IMG/VR virus record: IMGVR_UViG_3300047994_000092
Coordinates: 1 to 37,876 of that record
DNA: 37,876 nt
Strand: one strand, 5' to 3'
Source of the DNA: a virus
In this document: piece by piece, positions 13,806 through 21,657 of the stretch
How the letters are laid out: every line of letters starts with the position of its first letter
Position numbering within the stretch: position 1 is the first letter of the stretch
The notes under the pieces: generated by a model
Seen by the model: the letters and a program-made list of their open reading frames with translations, nothing else
The model's database searches: none
What the model was told of the DNA's origin: nothing
Translations under genes and position numbers: made by a program

Positions 13806-14420
13806 ATGAATCAATCAATTGCGATCGGCGAAGTCTCCAACGGAGCCGATGAATCCATTGCGGCCTCAGAGCCGTATTCAGTTGCCGTGCGCCTTACAGG
13901 CAGCGCCGATCTCCTGTTCCATCGCTGGAATAACGAGGCTGTGGCGGCCAAGGCCGGCGCGGCCAAGAACAGCAAGACCAAGAAGACCGATAACGTCGAA
14001 AGCTATGTGTATCGCAACGAGGCCGGCATGATCTGCCTCCCTGGTGAATACCTGCGCGGTGCGATCGTGACGGCGGCCAAGTTCAGACAAGACCCGCGCA
14101 GTTCGCGCAAGTCGGCCATGGATCTCTATCGTGCTGGTGTGATCTCGATGACACCGCTGGCATCGCTGGGCCGCGACACATGGGATTACGAGGACTCGCG
14201 CCGTGTGGTGGTGCAGCGTGCCGGCATCACCCGCGTGAGGCCCGCGATGCGTCATGGCTGGAATGCCGAGTTTGTGCTGACAGTGCTGACACCCGAATAC
14301 ATCGCACCCACCGATCTGCACGCTGTCATGGCTCAGGCCGGCACCCTTATTGGCCTGGGTGATTTCAGGCCCACCTATGGCCGCTTCAATGTCACCAGCT
14401 TTGAGGTGATCAAGACATGA
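13806..14420 (+). CDS. Uncharacterised 204-aa protein between exonuclease and RecT (possible ssDNA/RNA-binding accessory)
   Basis: GAGG lies 5 nt upstream of ATG 13806. Its stop overlaps the recT ATG as ATGA. The tracked N-terminal extension from 13704 runs through the pentamer array and is rejected. Confidence 0.65.
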   Translation: MNQSIAIGEVSNGADESIAASEPYSVAVRLTGSADLLFHRWNNEAVAAKAGAAKNSKTKKTDNVESYVYRNEAGMICLPGEYLRGAIVTAAKFRQDPRSSRKSAMDLYRAGVISMTPLASLGRDTWDYEDSRRVVVQRAGITRVRPAMRHGWNAEFVLTVLTPEYIAPTDLHAVMAQAGTLIGLGDFRPTYGRFNVTSFEVIKT

Positions 14421-15328
14421 ATGATCTGACCCTCACCAAGACCCAGCCGCGCAATCAGTCCCTGATCGTGCGCTTCGCTGACCGCTATGGCATCCAGGCC
14501 AATCGCGTCATGGACACCCTCAAAGCCACCGCGTTCAAGACCGAGCGCCAGGTCAGCGATGAACAAATGATGGCCCTGCTGATCGTGGCCGAGCGCCACC
14601 AGCTGGATCCGTTCACGCGCGAAATCTTCGCCTTCCCTGACAAGAATGGCGGCATCACGCCGGTGGTCTCGGTGGATGGCTGGGCCCGCATCATCAACGA
14701 ACACCCGATGATGAATGGCATGGAGTTTGAATACGACGTTGATGATCGTTTCATCACCTGCGTGCTGTATCGCAAGGACCGTGATCACCCCATCCGCGTC
14801 ACCGAGTTCTTGATCGAGTGCAAGCGCAACACCGACCCATGGAACAAGAGCCCGAAGCGCATGCTGCGCCACAAGGCCCTGATCCAATGTGCCCGCCTGG
14901 CGTTCGGCTTTGCCGGCATCTACGATGAGGATGAGGCCGCGCGCATCAGGGACATGGGCCCCGTTGACCAGGTGCAGCCGCCCAGCGCCAGCGCTGACCG
15001 CGTGCGCGCCGTGCTGGCCAATGTGGAGGTGGTGCCTGGCCCTGCCGACGATCGCAGCGTGAGCGAGGATCCACCGCCGCCGCCACCCCAGGCAAGCACC
15101 GACCCCACCACCGGCGAGATCCTGGCCACCGGCGATGAGCAGCTGGATCAGCGCATCACCGACCCGGCCACGCTGGATAACCTGCTCCAGACCTACCAGG
15201 ATCTGCTGCTGGCCCAGGACAACGCCGACAGCGCCGCCATCGTCCTCGATGAAGCCCGCTCGATTCTCGATGATCAGCGCCAGGCCATCCTGGGCAATCT
15301 GTTCACCACCACCTGGCCCAAGGAGTAA
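14417..15328 (+). CDS. recT: RecT-family single-strand annealing recombinase
   Basis: RFADRYGIQANRVMDTLKATAF...QMMALLIVAERHQLDPFTREIFAFPDKNGGITPVVSVDGW is a canonical RecT core. Has an acidic/Pro-rich C-terminal tail. Confidence 0.9.
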   Translation: MNDLTLTKTQPRNQSLIVRFADRYGIQANRVMDTLKATAFKTERQVSDEQMMALLIVAERHQLDPFTREIFAFPDKNGGITPVVSVDGWARIINEHPMMNGMEFEYDVDDRFITCVLYRKDRDHPIRVTEFLIECKRNTDPWNKSPKRMLRHKALIQCARLAFGFAGIYDEDEAARIRDMGPVDQVQPPSASADRVRAVLANVEVVPGPADDRSVSEDPPPPPPQASTDPTTGEILATGDEQLDQRITDPATLDNLLQTYQDLLLAQDNADSAAIVLDEARSILDDQRQAILGNLFTTTWPKE

Positions 15329-15333
15329 GCCAA

Positions 15334-15561
15334 ATGACAAGCCGCGTTTACGTTGTCACCGATCGCTCAGAAGACCCGCCGCAGCATCGCCTGGTGCGCG
15401 CGTCGGGCCCCTCGGTGGCGCTCAATCACGTGGCCAGCCGCATGCTGGCCTCCCACCTGGCCCCCAAGGATGAATTGGTGCAGCTGCTGACCACCGGGGC
15501 CAGGGTGGAGGATGCGGGTGAGCAGGCCCAGGGTGAGCTTGAATTGCCGAGCAACACCTGA
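15334..15561 (+). CDS. Hypothetical 75-aa protein
   Basis: ORF 5 nt downstream of recT on the same strand. Confidence 0.45.
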   Translation: MTSRVYVVTDRSEDPPQHRLVRASGPSVALNHVASRMLASHLAPKDELVQLLTTGARVEDAGEQAQGELELPSNT

Positions 15562-15578
15562 CCCATTACCGGGCGCGC

Positions 15579-15625
15579 CAGGCTGGCACCTCCTCCTCCC
15601 TCCCTCAGCCAACTTTGCCAGCCTG
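15579..15625 (+). other. 10-bp perfect inverted repeat CAGGCTGGCA / TGCCAGCCTG enclosing a 27-nt CCUCC-rich loop
   Basis: Arms at 15579-15588 and 15616-15625. Loop is cctcctcctccctccctcagccaactt. Confidence 0.6.
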
Positions 15626-15673
15626 CTCTGCTTACCCGCAGACGCCCCTTTTACATCTCCTCGTCAATGGTGA

Positions 15674-15679
15674 TTGACA
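15674..15679 (+). promoter_or_regulatory. Perfect -35 hexamer TTGACA (candidate promoter for the 465-aa gene; -10 weak)
   Basis: TTGACA at 15674-15679. Only weak -10 candidates (ctcaat/tcaata) lie 18-19 nt downstream. Confidence 0.3.
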
Positions 15680-15759
15680 AAAGCCCCTAAAACGTCGCTC
15701 AATACGCGGGCACCTGGCGGTGGCATGGCCGCTGCCTTATCTACTGAAACCTGCGGGAG

Positions 15760-17157
15760 ATGAGCATGACGACAAAAGTGGTGAATATGCGATGGAAGCC
15801 TGAGGAGTGGTTATTCGTGGCGGCGGCCGCGCTGCCTGATATCGATAAGGGCATGGACCGGATCCAGGCCACATTGAAAGCCTGCCGATTGCTGCCGCCC
15901 GAGCGCCACCGTGAGAAGTTCCAGAACAACACCGACGCCAAGAAAATCCTGGCCGGTTATCTGGAGAAGGTGCGCGCGATGAGCCGAAAGGAACGTGACG
16001 CTATGGAAGTCCCCACCGTGAAGAATCCCACTGTGCCCGCGCCTGCGCCGGTGGTGGCCGCCAAGCCAGCGCGCAAAAGCCCTGTGCTGACGAAGCGCCG
16101 TGTGTACGTGAACAGCAAGGTATTCCAGGCCATCGCCGCCGCGTTCACCCCTAGCGGACCCGCAGCCAAGCGCGGCCCGTTCAAGGTGCCCAATACCGAT
16201 GCCTACCAGCACAGCCCTGACCACATCCTGCGTTGGACCCATGCAGAGCGTTCACAGCTGGTGCGCGCGTTCGACATGATGGCCAGGGCCGGCGTCGGTG
16301 GCACCGCGATGGAACTGCTGATCATTGCCCAGGAGTTCGTCTTGCCGCCTGATCGCCGCCATTGGGACAAGGCCCTGCACCGGTTGTTCTACAAGAAGCC
16401 GCTGGGCGAGTTCCTGGAGGAGGGCCGCGCCCGCGCTGCGCTGATCGAAAACATCCCGCTGCCCCAGGCTTTCCTCGATGCGTTGGATCCGCCCGCCGCC
16501 GAGCCTGAGCCCGAAGCCCAGGAAACGCCCCAGGAGGCCACGCCGGTGGTGGTGGCTACTACCCCCGCACCTGCACCCCGTTCGTCGCTCCAGCAGGCCA
16601 CCAGGGGCTTTGTGGACACCATGGCCGGCGCGTTCGACAAGCTCCTGCTGGCACATCAGGCCGCGATGGTCGATCAGCTACAAGGCCGGATCTCTGCCAT
16701 GGCCGACACCATGGGCGCCTCGATCGCCGCTGTGATCCAGCAGGGCATGCGCCAGGCTGTCCACTCGATGGTGGAGGCCGAGCTAGGCGCGGTGGCCGCG
16801 CCGGCTGCTGATGAGCAGGTGAAGCGCCTGGAACAGGTCATCGAGCAGGTACAGCAGCCCAAGCCCACGCGGCTCAAGGTCGATGTGGTGGGCCTGGTGG
16901 GCCCGAATATCAGCCGGGTGCGGGATGCCTTCAATGGCTCGCTCGATGCCCGCTATATCGATCCTAATGAAGTGAAAAAGTGGATCCCGACGAAGGACCG
17001 CCATGTGATCGCCTTCACGCGGTTCGTGCCGCATTCAACGAACGAAAAACTGAAGAAGGCCGGGGTGTCCGCTACGTGGTTGACCGGTGGCCCACAGCTG
17101 GCGATCCAGGCCATTGAAAACCTGATGGAGCAGCAAGGAATTGAACGCAAGCACTGA
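15760..17157 (+). CDS. Hypothetical 465-aa protein with a duplicated N-terminal module (start 15760 or 15766)
   Basis: Long ORF. GGGAG lies 6 nt upstream of ATG 15766. Repeated RW..E...LPPERHR / RW..E...LPPDRRH modules. The C-terminal about 100 aa (VDVVGLVGPN...HVIAFTRFVPHS) has a Rossmann-like pattern. Confidence 0.6.
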   Translation: MSMTTKVVNMRWKPEEWLFVAAAALPDIDKGMDRIQATLKACRLLPPERHREKFQNNTDAKKILAGYLEKVRAMSRKERDAMEVPTVKNPTVPAPAPVVAAKPARKSPVLTKRRVYVNSKVFQAIAAAFTPSGPAAKRGPFKVPNTDAYQHSPDHILRWTHAERSQLVRAFDMMARAGVGGTAMELLIIAQEFVLPPDRRHWDKALHRLFYKKPLGEFLEEGRARAALIENIPLPQAFLDALDPPAAEPEPEAQETPQEATPVVVATTPAPAPRSSLQQATRGFVDTMAGAFDKLLLAHQAAMVDQLQGRISAMADTMGASIAAVIQQGMRQAVHSMVEAELGAVAAPAADEQVKRLEQVIEQVQQPKPTRLKVDVVGLVGPNISRVRDAFNGSLDARYIDPNEVKKWIPTKDRHVIAFTRFVPHSTNEKLKKAGVSATWLTGGPQLAIQAIENLMEQQGIERKH

Positions 17158-17509
17158 CCCCGTTGAACCACCATCTAACCAGCGCCTGCTGGAGATCCGC
17201 GCCAAGGCCATCAGGGACACCGCGCTGCTGGAGTCCATCCGCAAGTGGGAGCGCGGCATGCTCTGGTCCGGTCGCGTTCTCGCTGTGCCATGCCTGGCGA
17301 TGGGCATGTGGGCCGCCTCGATGATCAGTCTGGATCACTCAGCGGCCACGAGTGCGTTTCAGGCTTTTGCGGTGGTGTTCAACGCATGGTGTACGGCCAA
17401 GGCTGTCATGGCCGCAGAGAAGCGCTGGAGCGAGTACCTATGGCTTCTGAAGACGATCGCCGAAGTTAGGGAACACGTGGAGCATGGGCTGAAGGAGATG
17501 AGCAGATGA
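17141..17509 (+). CDS. Hypothetical 122-aa membrane protein (two hydrophobic segments)
   Basis: ORF overlapping the upstream gene end. Hydrophobic stretches VLAVPCLAMGMWAASMI and AFQAFAVVFNAWCTAKAV. Confidence 0.5.
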   Translation: MNASTDPVEPPSNQRLLEIRAKAIRDTALLESIRKWERGMLWSGRVLAVPCLAMGMWAASMISLDHSAATSAFQAFAVVFNAWCTAKAVMAAEKRWSEYLWLLKTIAEVREHVEHGLKEMSR

Positions 17510-17772
17510 ATGGAGCAACACCTGACCCCGAAACTCAGCAGCTGGCCGACGATCTGGCCATGGATTATCAGAAGGTTCGGATCCTGCCCGATGGCTCGAT
17601 CGCCTGCATCGATACCCTGATGTTCACCACCGCCATATTCACAGGCTGCGACAGGCATGGGTTTGAGCGTAGGTTTTGCTTTGAAGATCACGCCCTGGCA
17701 TATCAGCGCTTCGCTGAATTGCAAAGTGCAGAGGATGAGCCGCAGGGTTTTATTGCAAGGAGAAGCGCATGA
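17506..17772 (+). CDS. Hypothetical 88-aa protein
   Basis: ATGA overlap with the upstream gene. Confidence 0.5.
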   Translation: MNGATPDPETQQLADDLAMDYQKVRILPDGSIACIDTLMFTTAIFTGCDRHGFERRFCFEDHALAYQRFAELQSAEDEPQGFIARRSA

Positions 17773-17822
17773 TGTAAAAACCAAAGCCACCGGGGATGAG
17801 CGGGATAACCCGCCATAAAAAA

Positions 17823-17839
17823 GGGCCCAATCAGGGCCC
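17823..17839. terminator. Bidirectional terminator-like hairpin GGGCCC-aatca-GGGCCC
   Basis: Preceded by ATAAAAAA, which gives TTTTTTAT after the hairpin on the minus strand. Followed by gttcaatttatctattt on the plus strand. Confidence 0.55.
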
Positions 17840-17880
17840 GTTCAATTTATCTATTTGGCTAAGGGAGTACAGGATGAAAA

Positions 17881-18141
17881 ATGAGCAGTACCAAGCGTTT
17901 CATCACGCCCCAGGAGTTCAGCGCCGCGCAGGTGCCCAGCGCCCTCCTTGATATCCATATGGTCTCTGCCCTGGTGGGCTTCGCCGAGATCACCATCAGG
18001 CAATGGGCCCGACAGGGTAAGTTCCCCAAACCCATCACGTTCGGCCGCAGCGTGCGCTGGAGATCGTCCGATGTGATGGCCTGGAGCGCCGATAGGGGCA
18101 TTGTGTGGGCCGTGCCGCCCACCGTCACCCCCACCGCTTAG
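17881..18141 (+). CDS. alpA: AlpA-family excisionase/transcriptional regulator
   Basis: MVSALVGFAEITIRQWARQGKFPKPITFGRSVRWRSSDVMAW is the AlpA/MerR-like HTH signature. Convergent with and overlapping the integrase gene end. Confidence 0.75.
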   Translation: MSSTKRFITPQEFSAAQVPSALLDIHMVSALVGFAEITIRQWARQGKFPKPITFGRSVRWRSSDVMAWSADRGIVWAVPPTVTPTA

Positions 18142-19499
18142 GCGGCCAGCTTGAGCGGTTCCGCCTCGATCAGTTCGGTGGCCGGCTGGGCCATCAGCTG
18201 GTCGAGGTAATCGGCCCAGGCTTGGATCATCTCGATGCGCTCAGGCAAGAAGGTGGCGCGATCGTAGGCGCCGCGCAGGCCGTCCTTCACCAGGGTGCCG
18301 TCTGCCTTCTGGATGCCGGCGCTGTGCGCCAGCTGGCACTCAGCCACTTGAGCCGACAGGCCCAGCTGCTCCACCACCATCGTGCGGCCGGTGGCGCGGA
18401 AGCCGTGAGCGTTCTGGATCTCGCCCAGGCCCATCGAGCGCAGCGCGTTCGTCAGCGTGTCGTTCGTGATCGGCTTGCCCGTATTCATCGGAGACAGGAA
18501 CACCCATTCGGTGTGTCCGGTGAAGCTCTTGAGGGCGCGCAGCATGGCCACCACCTGCTTGGGCAGGGGCACCACATGCACGCCACCCTTCACATGCTTC
18601 AGGCTCTTGGCCAGCTTGGTGCCGGCGACGATCGGCGCATTCCACAGGCCGGCCTCCAGGTCCACATCAGGCCAGCGCATCGAGCAGGTTTCGCCAGGGC
18701 GCTGCCAGATCGCCACTTGCACCTGCAAGGCCGTGCGGGTGATCGGGTTGCCCCAGCCCATGATCTTCTCCAGCACCGTTTTGAGTTCGGTGGGCGTGGT
18801 CACTGCCGGGTTGTGGCCGGCCACATGGTTCTGCTTCACCTGGCCGCGCAACACGCGCGCCGGGTTGCCCTGGCGCAGTTCCATCACCTCGGCGTAATCG
18901 AACACCTGGGCCAGGTTCTTGCGCACCACCTGGCTGGTGGGCACCAGGCCGGCCGCCTCCAGGGGGCGGATCACCTGCTGGAGGATGTGCATCGGCTTCA
19001 CCTCCTCGATGGGCATGTGGGCGATCTCCAGCGGCAGGCTGCGCTTGATGATGTTGATCCACTCGGTGGCGCCCTTGGCCTTCCAGTCGCCGCTGCCCAG
19101 CTTGCCGGCCTTGTAGTCCTGGCAGACACCCAGCAAGGAGCCGGCCGGGGCCAGGCCCTCAGCTTCGCGCTTCTGTGCCACCGTCAGGGCCACCAGGGCC
19201 TGCTGCTTGGCCTCCTCAGCCACCTGCTTGGTGGCCACCGGATCGATGCCCTTGGCCAGCATGGCGCGCAGCTTGTCGGCGGCCGCGCGGGCCTCCTTCT
19301 TGGTCATGTACTTTTGCAGGCCCAGCACCATCGTGTTCGGCTTCTTGATGATCGGGCGCTGGTAATCGAAGCGCCACTGATGGCCAGCATCGTGGTCAAA
19401 CCGCAGCTTGAGATAGAGGCCGGTTTCATCGGCCAGGCGGGTCTTGGCGCAATCGGCTTGCTTCAGTTCGGTCAGCTGCTTGTCGGTGTAGGAGATCAT
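18138..19499 (-). CDS. int: Tyrosine integrase, P4-type (453 aa from ATG 19499)
   Basis: N-terminal arm-binding-type domain (LYLKLRFDHDAGHQWRFDYQ). C-terminal catalytic signatures HGFRATGRT, LAHS and GAYDRATFLPERIEMIQAWADYL. Confidence 0.9.
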   Translation of the reverse strand: MISYTDKQLTELKQADCAKTRLADETGLYLKLRFDHDAGHQWRFDYQRPIIKKPNTMVLGLQKYMTKKEARAAADKLRAMLAKGIDPVATKQVAEEAKQQALVALTVAQKREAEGLAPAGSLLGVCQDYKAGKLGSGDWKAKGATEWINIIKRSLPLEIAHMPIEEVKPMHILQQVIRPLEAAGLVPTSQVVRKNLAQVFDYAEVMELRQGNPARVLRGQVKQNHVAGHNPAVTTPTELKTVLEKIMGWGNPITRTALQVQVAIWQRPGETCSMRWPDVDLEAGLWNAPIVAGTKLAKSLKHVKGGVHVVPLPKQVVAMLRALKSFTGHTEWVFLSPMNTGKPITNDTLTNALRSMGLGEIQNAHGFRATGRTMVVEQLGLSAQVAECQLAHSAGIQKADGTLVKDGLRGAYDRATFLPERIEMIQAWADYLDQLMAQPATELIEAEPLKLAA

Positions 19500-19530
19500 G
19501 GTGCGCTCAGAGGAGAAGTGAGTGGGTTTG

Positions 19531-19575
19531 TCGGTACAGAGCCTGTACTGTACCGTGTACCGAAACTCAGTACAA
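19531..19575. promoter_or_regulatory. Cluster of CGGTACAG-type sites in the int leader
   Basis: CGGTACAG at 19532-19539, CTGTAC at 19543-19548, CTGTACCG at 19548-19555, TGTACCG at 19556-19562, CAGTACA at 19568-19574. Confidence 0.5.
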
Positions 19576-19619
19576 CCAACGCCACCACACGCCACCTAAG
19601 CTCACCCATCGATCGGCGC

Positions 19620-19632
19620 TAAGTGCTTGATG
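19620..19632 (-). promoter_or_regulatory. IHF-like site CATCAAGCACTTA (partial match to WATCAANNNNTTR)
   Basis: Read on the minus strand. A related copy lies 90 bp away. Confidence 0.3.
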
Positions 19633-19709
19633 CAAAAGGGGAATATATGCCTCAGCATCCCACCACACCACACCACACGCATTCCAGACCAGAATGCAGG
19701 GCTATTCGC

Positions 19710-19722
19710 TAAGTCGTTGATT
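19710..19722 (-). promoter_or_regulatory. IHF-like site AATCAACGACTTA (full match to WATCAANNNNTTR)
   Basis: Read on the minus strand, in the int-adjacent non-coding region expected to hold attP. Confidence 0.35.
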
Positions 19723-19828
19723 TGCCTAGGTTCAGGCCGCCTCAGCGCCTTCTGTACTGGATTCTGTGCCGGATCTCACGAACATGGGTGTGTTCGCATG
19801 TGGTGGTATGGCGTGGCATACGGTCCAC

Positions 19829-19879
19829 ACGCTTTGCGTTAAAAAGCGCTTGACGGTGGAAAACGCTCTGCGTTAAGAT
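19829..19879 (+). promoter_or_regulatory. Sigma-70-like promoter TTGACG-18 nt-TAAGAT bracketed by two 14-bp direct repeats ACGCT(T/C)TGCGTTAA
   Basis: -35 at 19850-19855 and -10 at 19874-19879. Repeats at 19829-19842 and 19863-19876; the second overlaps the -10. Confidence 0.5.
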
Positions 19880-19912
19880 GCAGGCTCTGCAACACCACCA
19901 CCGAACGACACC

Positions 19913-20143
19913 ATGAAGCTCACGATTGTCCAGGCCGCCAAGGTCGCCCACCTGCAACAGCACGGCATGCTGACCCTTTCCACCGAGCAAGCGATCCAGC
20001 GCCTGGCCGCCGTCGATTGGGATCTGCCCAAGGCCATCGAGTCGGCCTTGGACGAATCCTATGAGGAGTATCGCGCCGAGCAGGATCATGCTTTTGAACA
20101 GCGCGCCATCGCCTCCTGCCCAGCCCTGCGCTTCACCCTGTAA
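19913..20143 (+). CDS. Hypothetical 76-aa protein
   Basis: First ORF downstream of the promoter at 19850-19879. Confidence 0.5.
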   Translation: MKLTIVQAAKVAHLQQHGMLTLSTEQAIQRLAAVDWDLPKAIESALDESYEEYRAEQDHAFEQRAIASCPALRFTL

Positions 20144-20155
20144 TCGAGCCCCGCC

Positions 20156-20401
20156 ATGCAAGCCATCCTCACCAAGTACCTCGGCCCCACCAGCAGCAGG
20201 GGTGCCCGCATCATTGCCAAGGCCGTCAGCGGCTCCGTCACGATCGGCTGGGACCATGGCCTTGATGACGCCGAGAACCATCGCACAGCCGCCAAGTTGC
20301 TCCAGCTGAAGCTGGTGGACGCCACCGATAAGCACTGGCAGCGTGAAATGGTCTCGGGCTGCTTGCCCGATGGCTCCTATGCCCACGTTTTCAAGGACTG
20401 A
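20156..20401 (+). CDS. Hypothetical 81-aa protein (conserved YLGPT..RG.RI type N-terminus)
   Basis: MQAILTKYLGPTSSRGARIIAK resembles a small family I recall from phages and plasmids. Function unknown. Confidence 0.5.
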   Translation: MQAILTKYLGPTSSRGARIIAKAVSGSVTIGWDHGLDDAENHRTAAKLLQLKLVDATDKHWQREMVSGCLPDGSYAHVFKD

Positions 20402-20404
20402 CCG

Positions 20405-20593
20405 ATGAACCCCAAGGACTACGCCGCCCATTGGATCGCCACTCACGTGACCGATGCCCGCCTGGCTCGCACCAAGGCCAGGAACCTGGCCGCGATCGGC
20501 CACCGCAAGCTGGCCCATGATTGGCGCCAGCACGCCACCGAACTGATGGGCCGCGCCCGCGCCCTCAAGAACGAACTGAAAGGCACGCCATGA
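20405..20593 (+). CDS. Hypothetical 62-aa protein
   Basis: ORF 3 nt after the previous stop. ATGA overlap with the next gene. Confidence 0.45.
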   Translation: MNPKDYAAHWIATHVTDARLARTKARNLAAIGHRKLAHDWRQHATELMGRARALKNELKGTP

Positions 20594-20958
20594 CCCTCGC
20601 CGAACTCGCCGCCGATCTGGAGCGCCGCCTGGCGGCCCTTGAAGCCTTTTGGCTGACCACCACCGAGCAGCAGCGCCGCGATCGATTCGTGGTGATGCAG
20701 AACTGCAAGCACCCGGTGCGGTTCAAGGCCAGGGATGGCAAGTGGACGGAGCCCAGCCTGGTGGATCTGCCCAGGGCCACGCTGATGCCGCACTCTGGCG
20801 CCATACGCATGGCCAGGCAGCTGCGCGATGGCAACGATGAGAGCAACGCCAAGGCCATCCACCTGGGCGCCTGCTATGAATGCGTCAAGCAGCAGCTGAC
20901 CGAAATCCACACCACCGTGAGCAGCCACCTGGCCAAGATGGAGCAAACCCATGTCTGA
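20590..20958 (+). CDS. Hypothetical 122-aa protein
   Basis: ATG 20590 overlaps the upstream stop as ATGA. The tracked earlier start at 20521 is rejected. Confidence 0.5.
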   Translation: MTLAELAADLERRLAALEAFWLTTTEQQRRDRFVVMQNCKHPVRFKARDGKWTEPSLVDLPRATLMPHSGAIRMARQLRDGNDESNAKAIHLGACYECVKQQLTEIHTTVSSHLAKMEQTHV

Positions 20959-21178
20959 GATCCACCGCCCCACCGCTGATGAGATCCGCGCCGCCCGCAT
21001 CGAGGCCGAACTGGATCGCGCCGCAGCTGCTGCCCTGGTTCACCTGGGCCATGCCAATCGCTGGGCTGAATATGAGAATGAAGCCCGCACGATCAGCCTG
21101 GCCACGTGGGAGCTTTTCCTGCTCAAGACCGGCCAGCACCCGCAGCTGAAGGCCACGCGCAAGAAGGTGGCGGCATGA
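20951..21178 (+). CDS. Small XRE-like HTH protein (75 aa, putative)
   Basis: TADEIRAARIEAELDRAAAAALV....RWAEYENEARTISLATWELFLLKTG has the layout of short XRE-type regulators. Confidence 0.45.
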   Translation: MSEIHRPTADEIRAARIEAELDRAAAAALVHLGHANRWAEYENEARTISLATWELFLLKTGQHPQLKATRKKVAA

Positions 21179-21387
21179 GCGCCCTGTTCTGGTGGGCCAT
21201 CGCCGCCTGGGTGGTCTATTGCGTCCTGGATGGCCAGGAGCAGCGGCGCCAGGCCGATCGCCGGGAGCGGTGGGAGGAGCGCCAGGAGCGCCAGGAGCAG
21301 GAGCTACGTGAGGCCCACTGGATCCTGGATCACCGGCCGATTGATCTCGGCCTGCGCCCACCGCCCGGAATCGATTCCAGGCCCTAG
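21175..21387 (+). CDS. Small N-terminally anchored membrane protein with an Arg/Glu-rich helix (70 aa)
   Basis: ATG 21175 overlaps the upstream stop as ATGA. Sequence MSALFWWAIAAWVVYCVL followed by QEQRRQADRRERWEERQERQEQE. Confidence 0.5.
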   Translation: MSALFWWAIAAWVVYCVLDGQEQRRQADRRERWEERQERQEQELREAHWILDHRPIDLGLRPPPGIDSRP

Positions 21388-21647
21388 GAGGCCGCCGCTG
21401 CGCCGTTGGCGCCTACCCCATCACCCGCCCCGTTCAAGAGCCCCACAGCGCCATCCTGGCCGCTGATGGGGCTTTTCTCTTGCTGGGGCACGCGCACCGG
21501 CTGAATCTCCTGCGCCTGCGCCACCTGCTGCCGGATGTTGTCGATCACTGGCGCGGCTTCGGCGTAGGGCCGCTGGGCCAGCACGTTGACGAGATAGTCA
21601 AGGGTGCGCGCGTCGAAACGCAGGGCGATGTTTTGCGGGTCTTGCAT
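21384..21647 (-). CDS. Hypothetical 87-aa protein, last gene of the late operon
   Basis: ATG 21647 is preceded by AAGG. Its stop overlaps the convergent plus-strand stop within CTAG. Confidence 0.45.
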   Translation of the reverse strand: MQDPQNIALRFDARTLDYLVNVLAQRPYAEAAPVIDNIRQQVAQAQEIQPVRVPQQEKSPISGQDGAVGLLNGAGDGVGANGAAAAS

Positions 21648-21657
21648 GGTCTGCCTT

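Noticed and set aside
13607-13852. 81-aa ORF, and the 34-codon N-terminal extension of ORF 13704-14420, across pentamer block B
   Set aside because: The underlying DNA has 5-nt rather than 3-nt periodicity. The peptides are Cys/Arg/Gly-rich. A good SD-ATG at 13806 defines the real start.
19679-19697. Hairpin GCATTC-cagacca-GAATGC considered as a tRNA anticodon arm or tRNA-derived att core
   Set aside because: The loop lacks the conserved U33. No flanking T-arm (GTTCRANYC) or acceptor sequence is present. No tRNA-like cloverleaf was found anywhere in the window.
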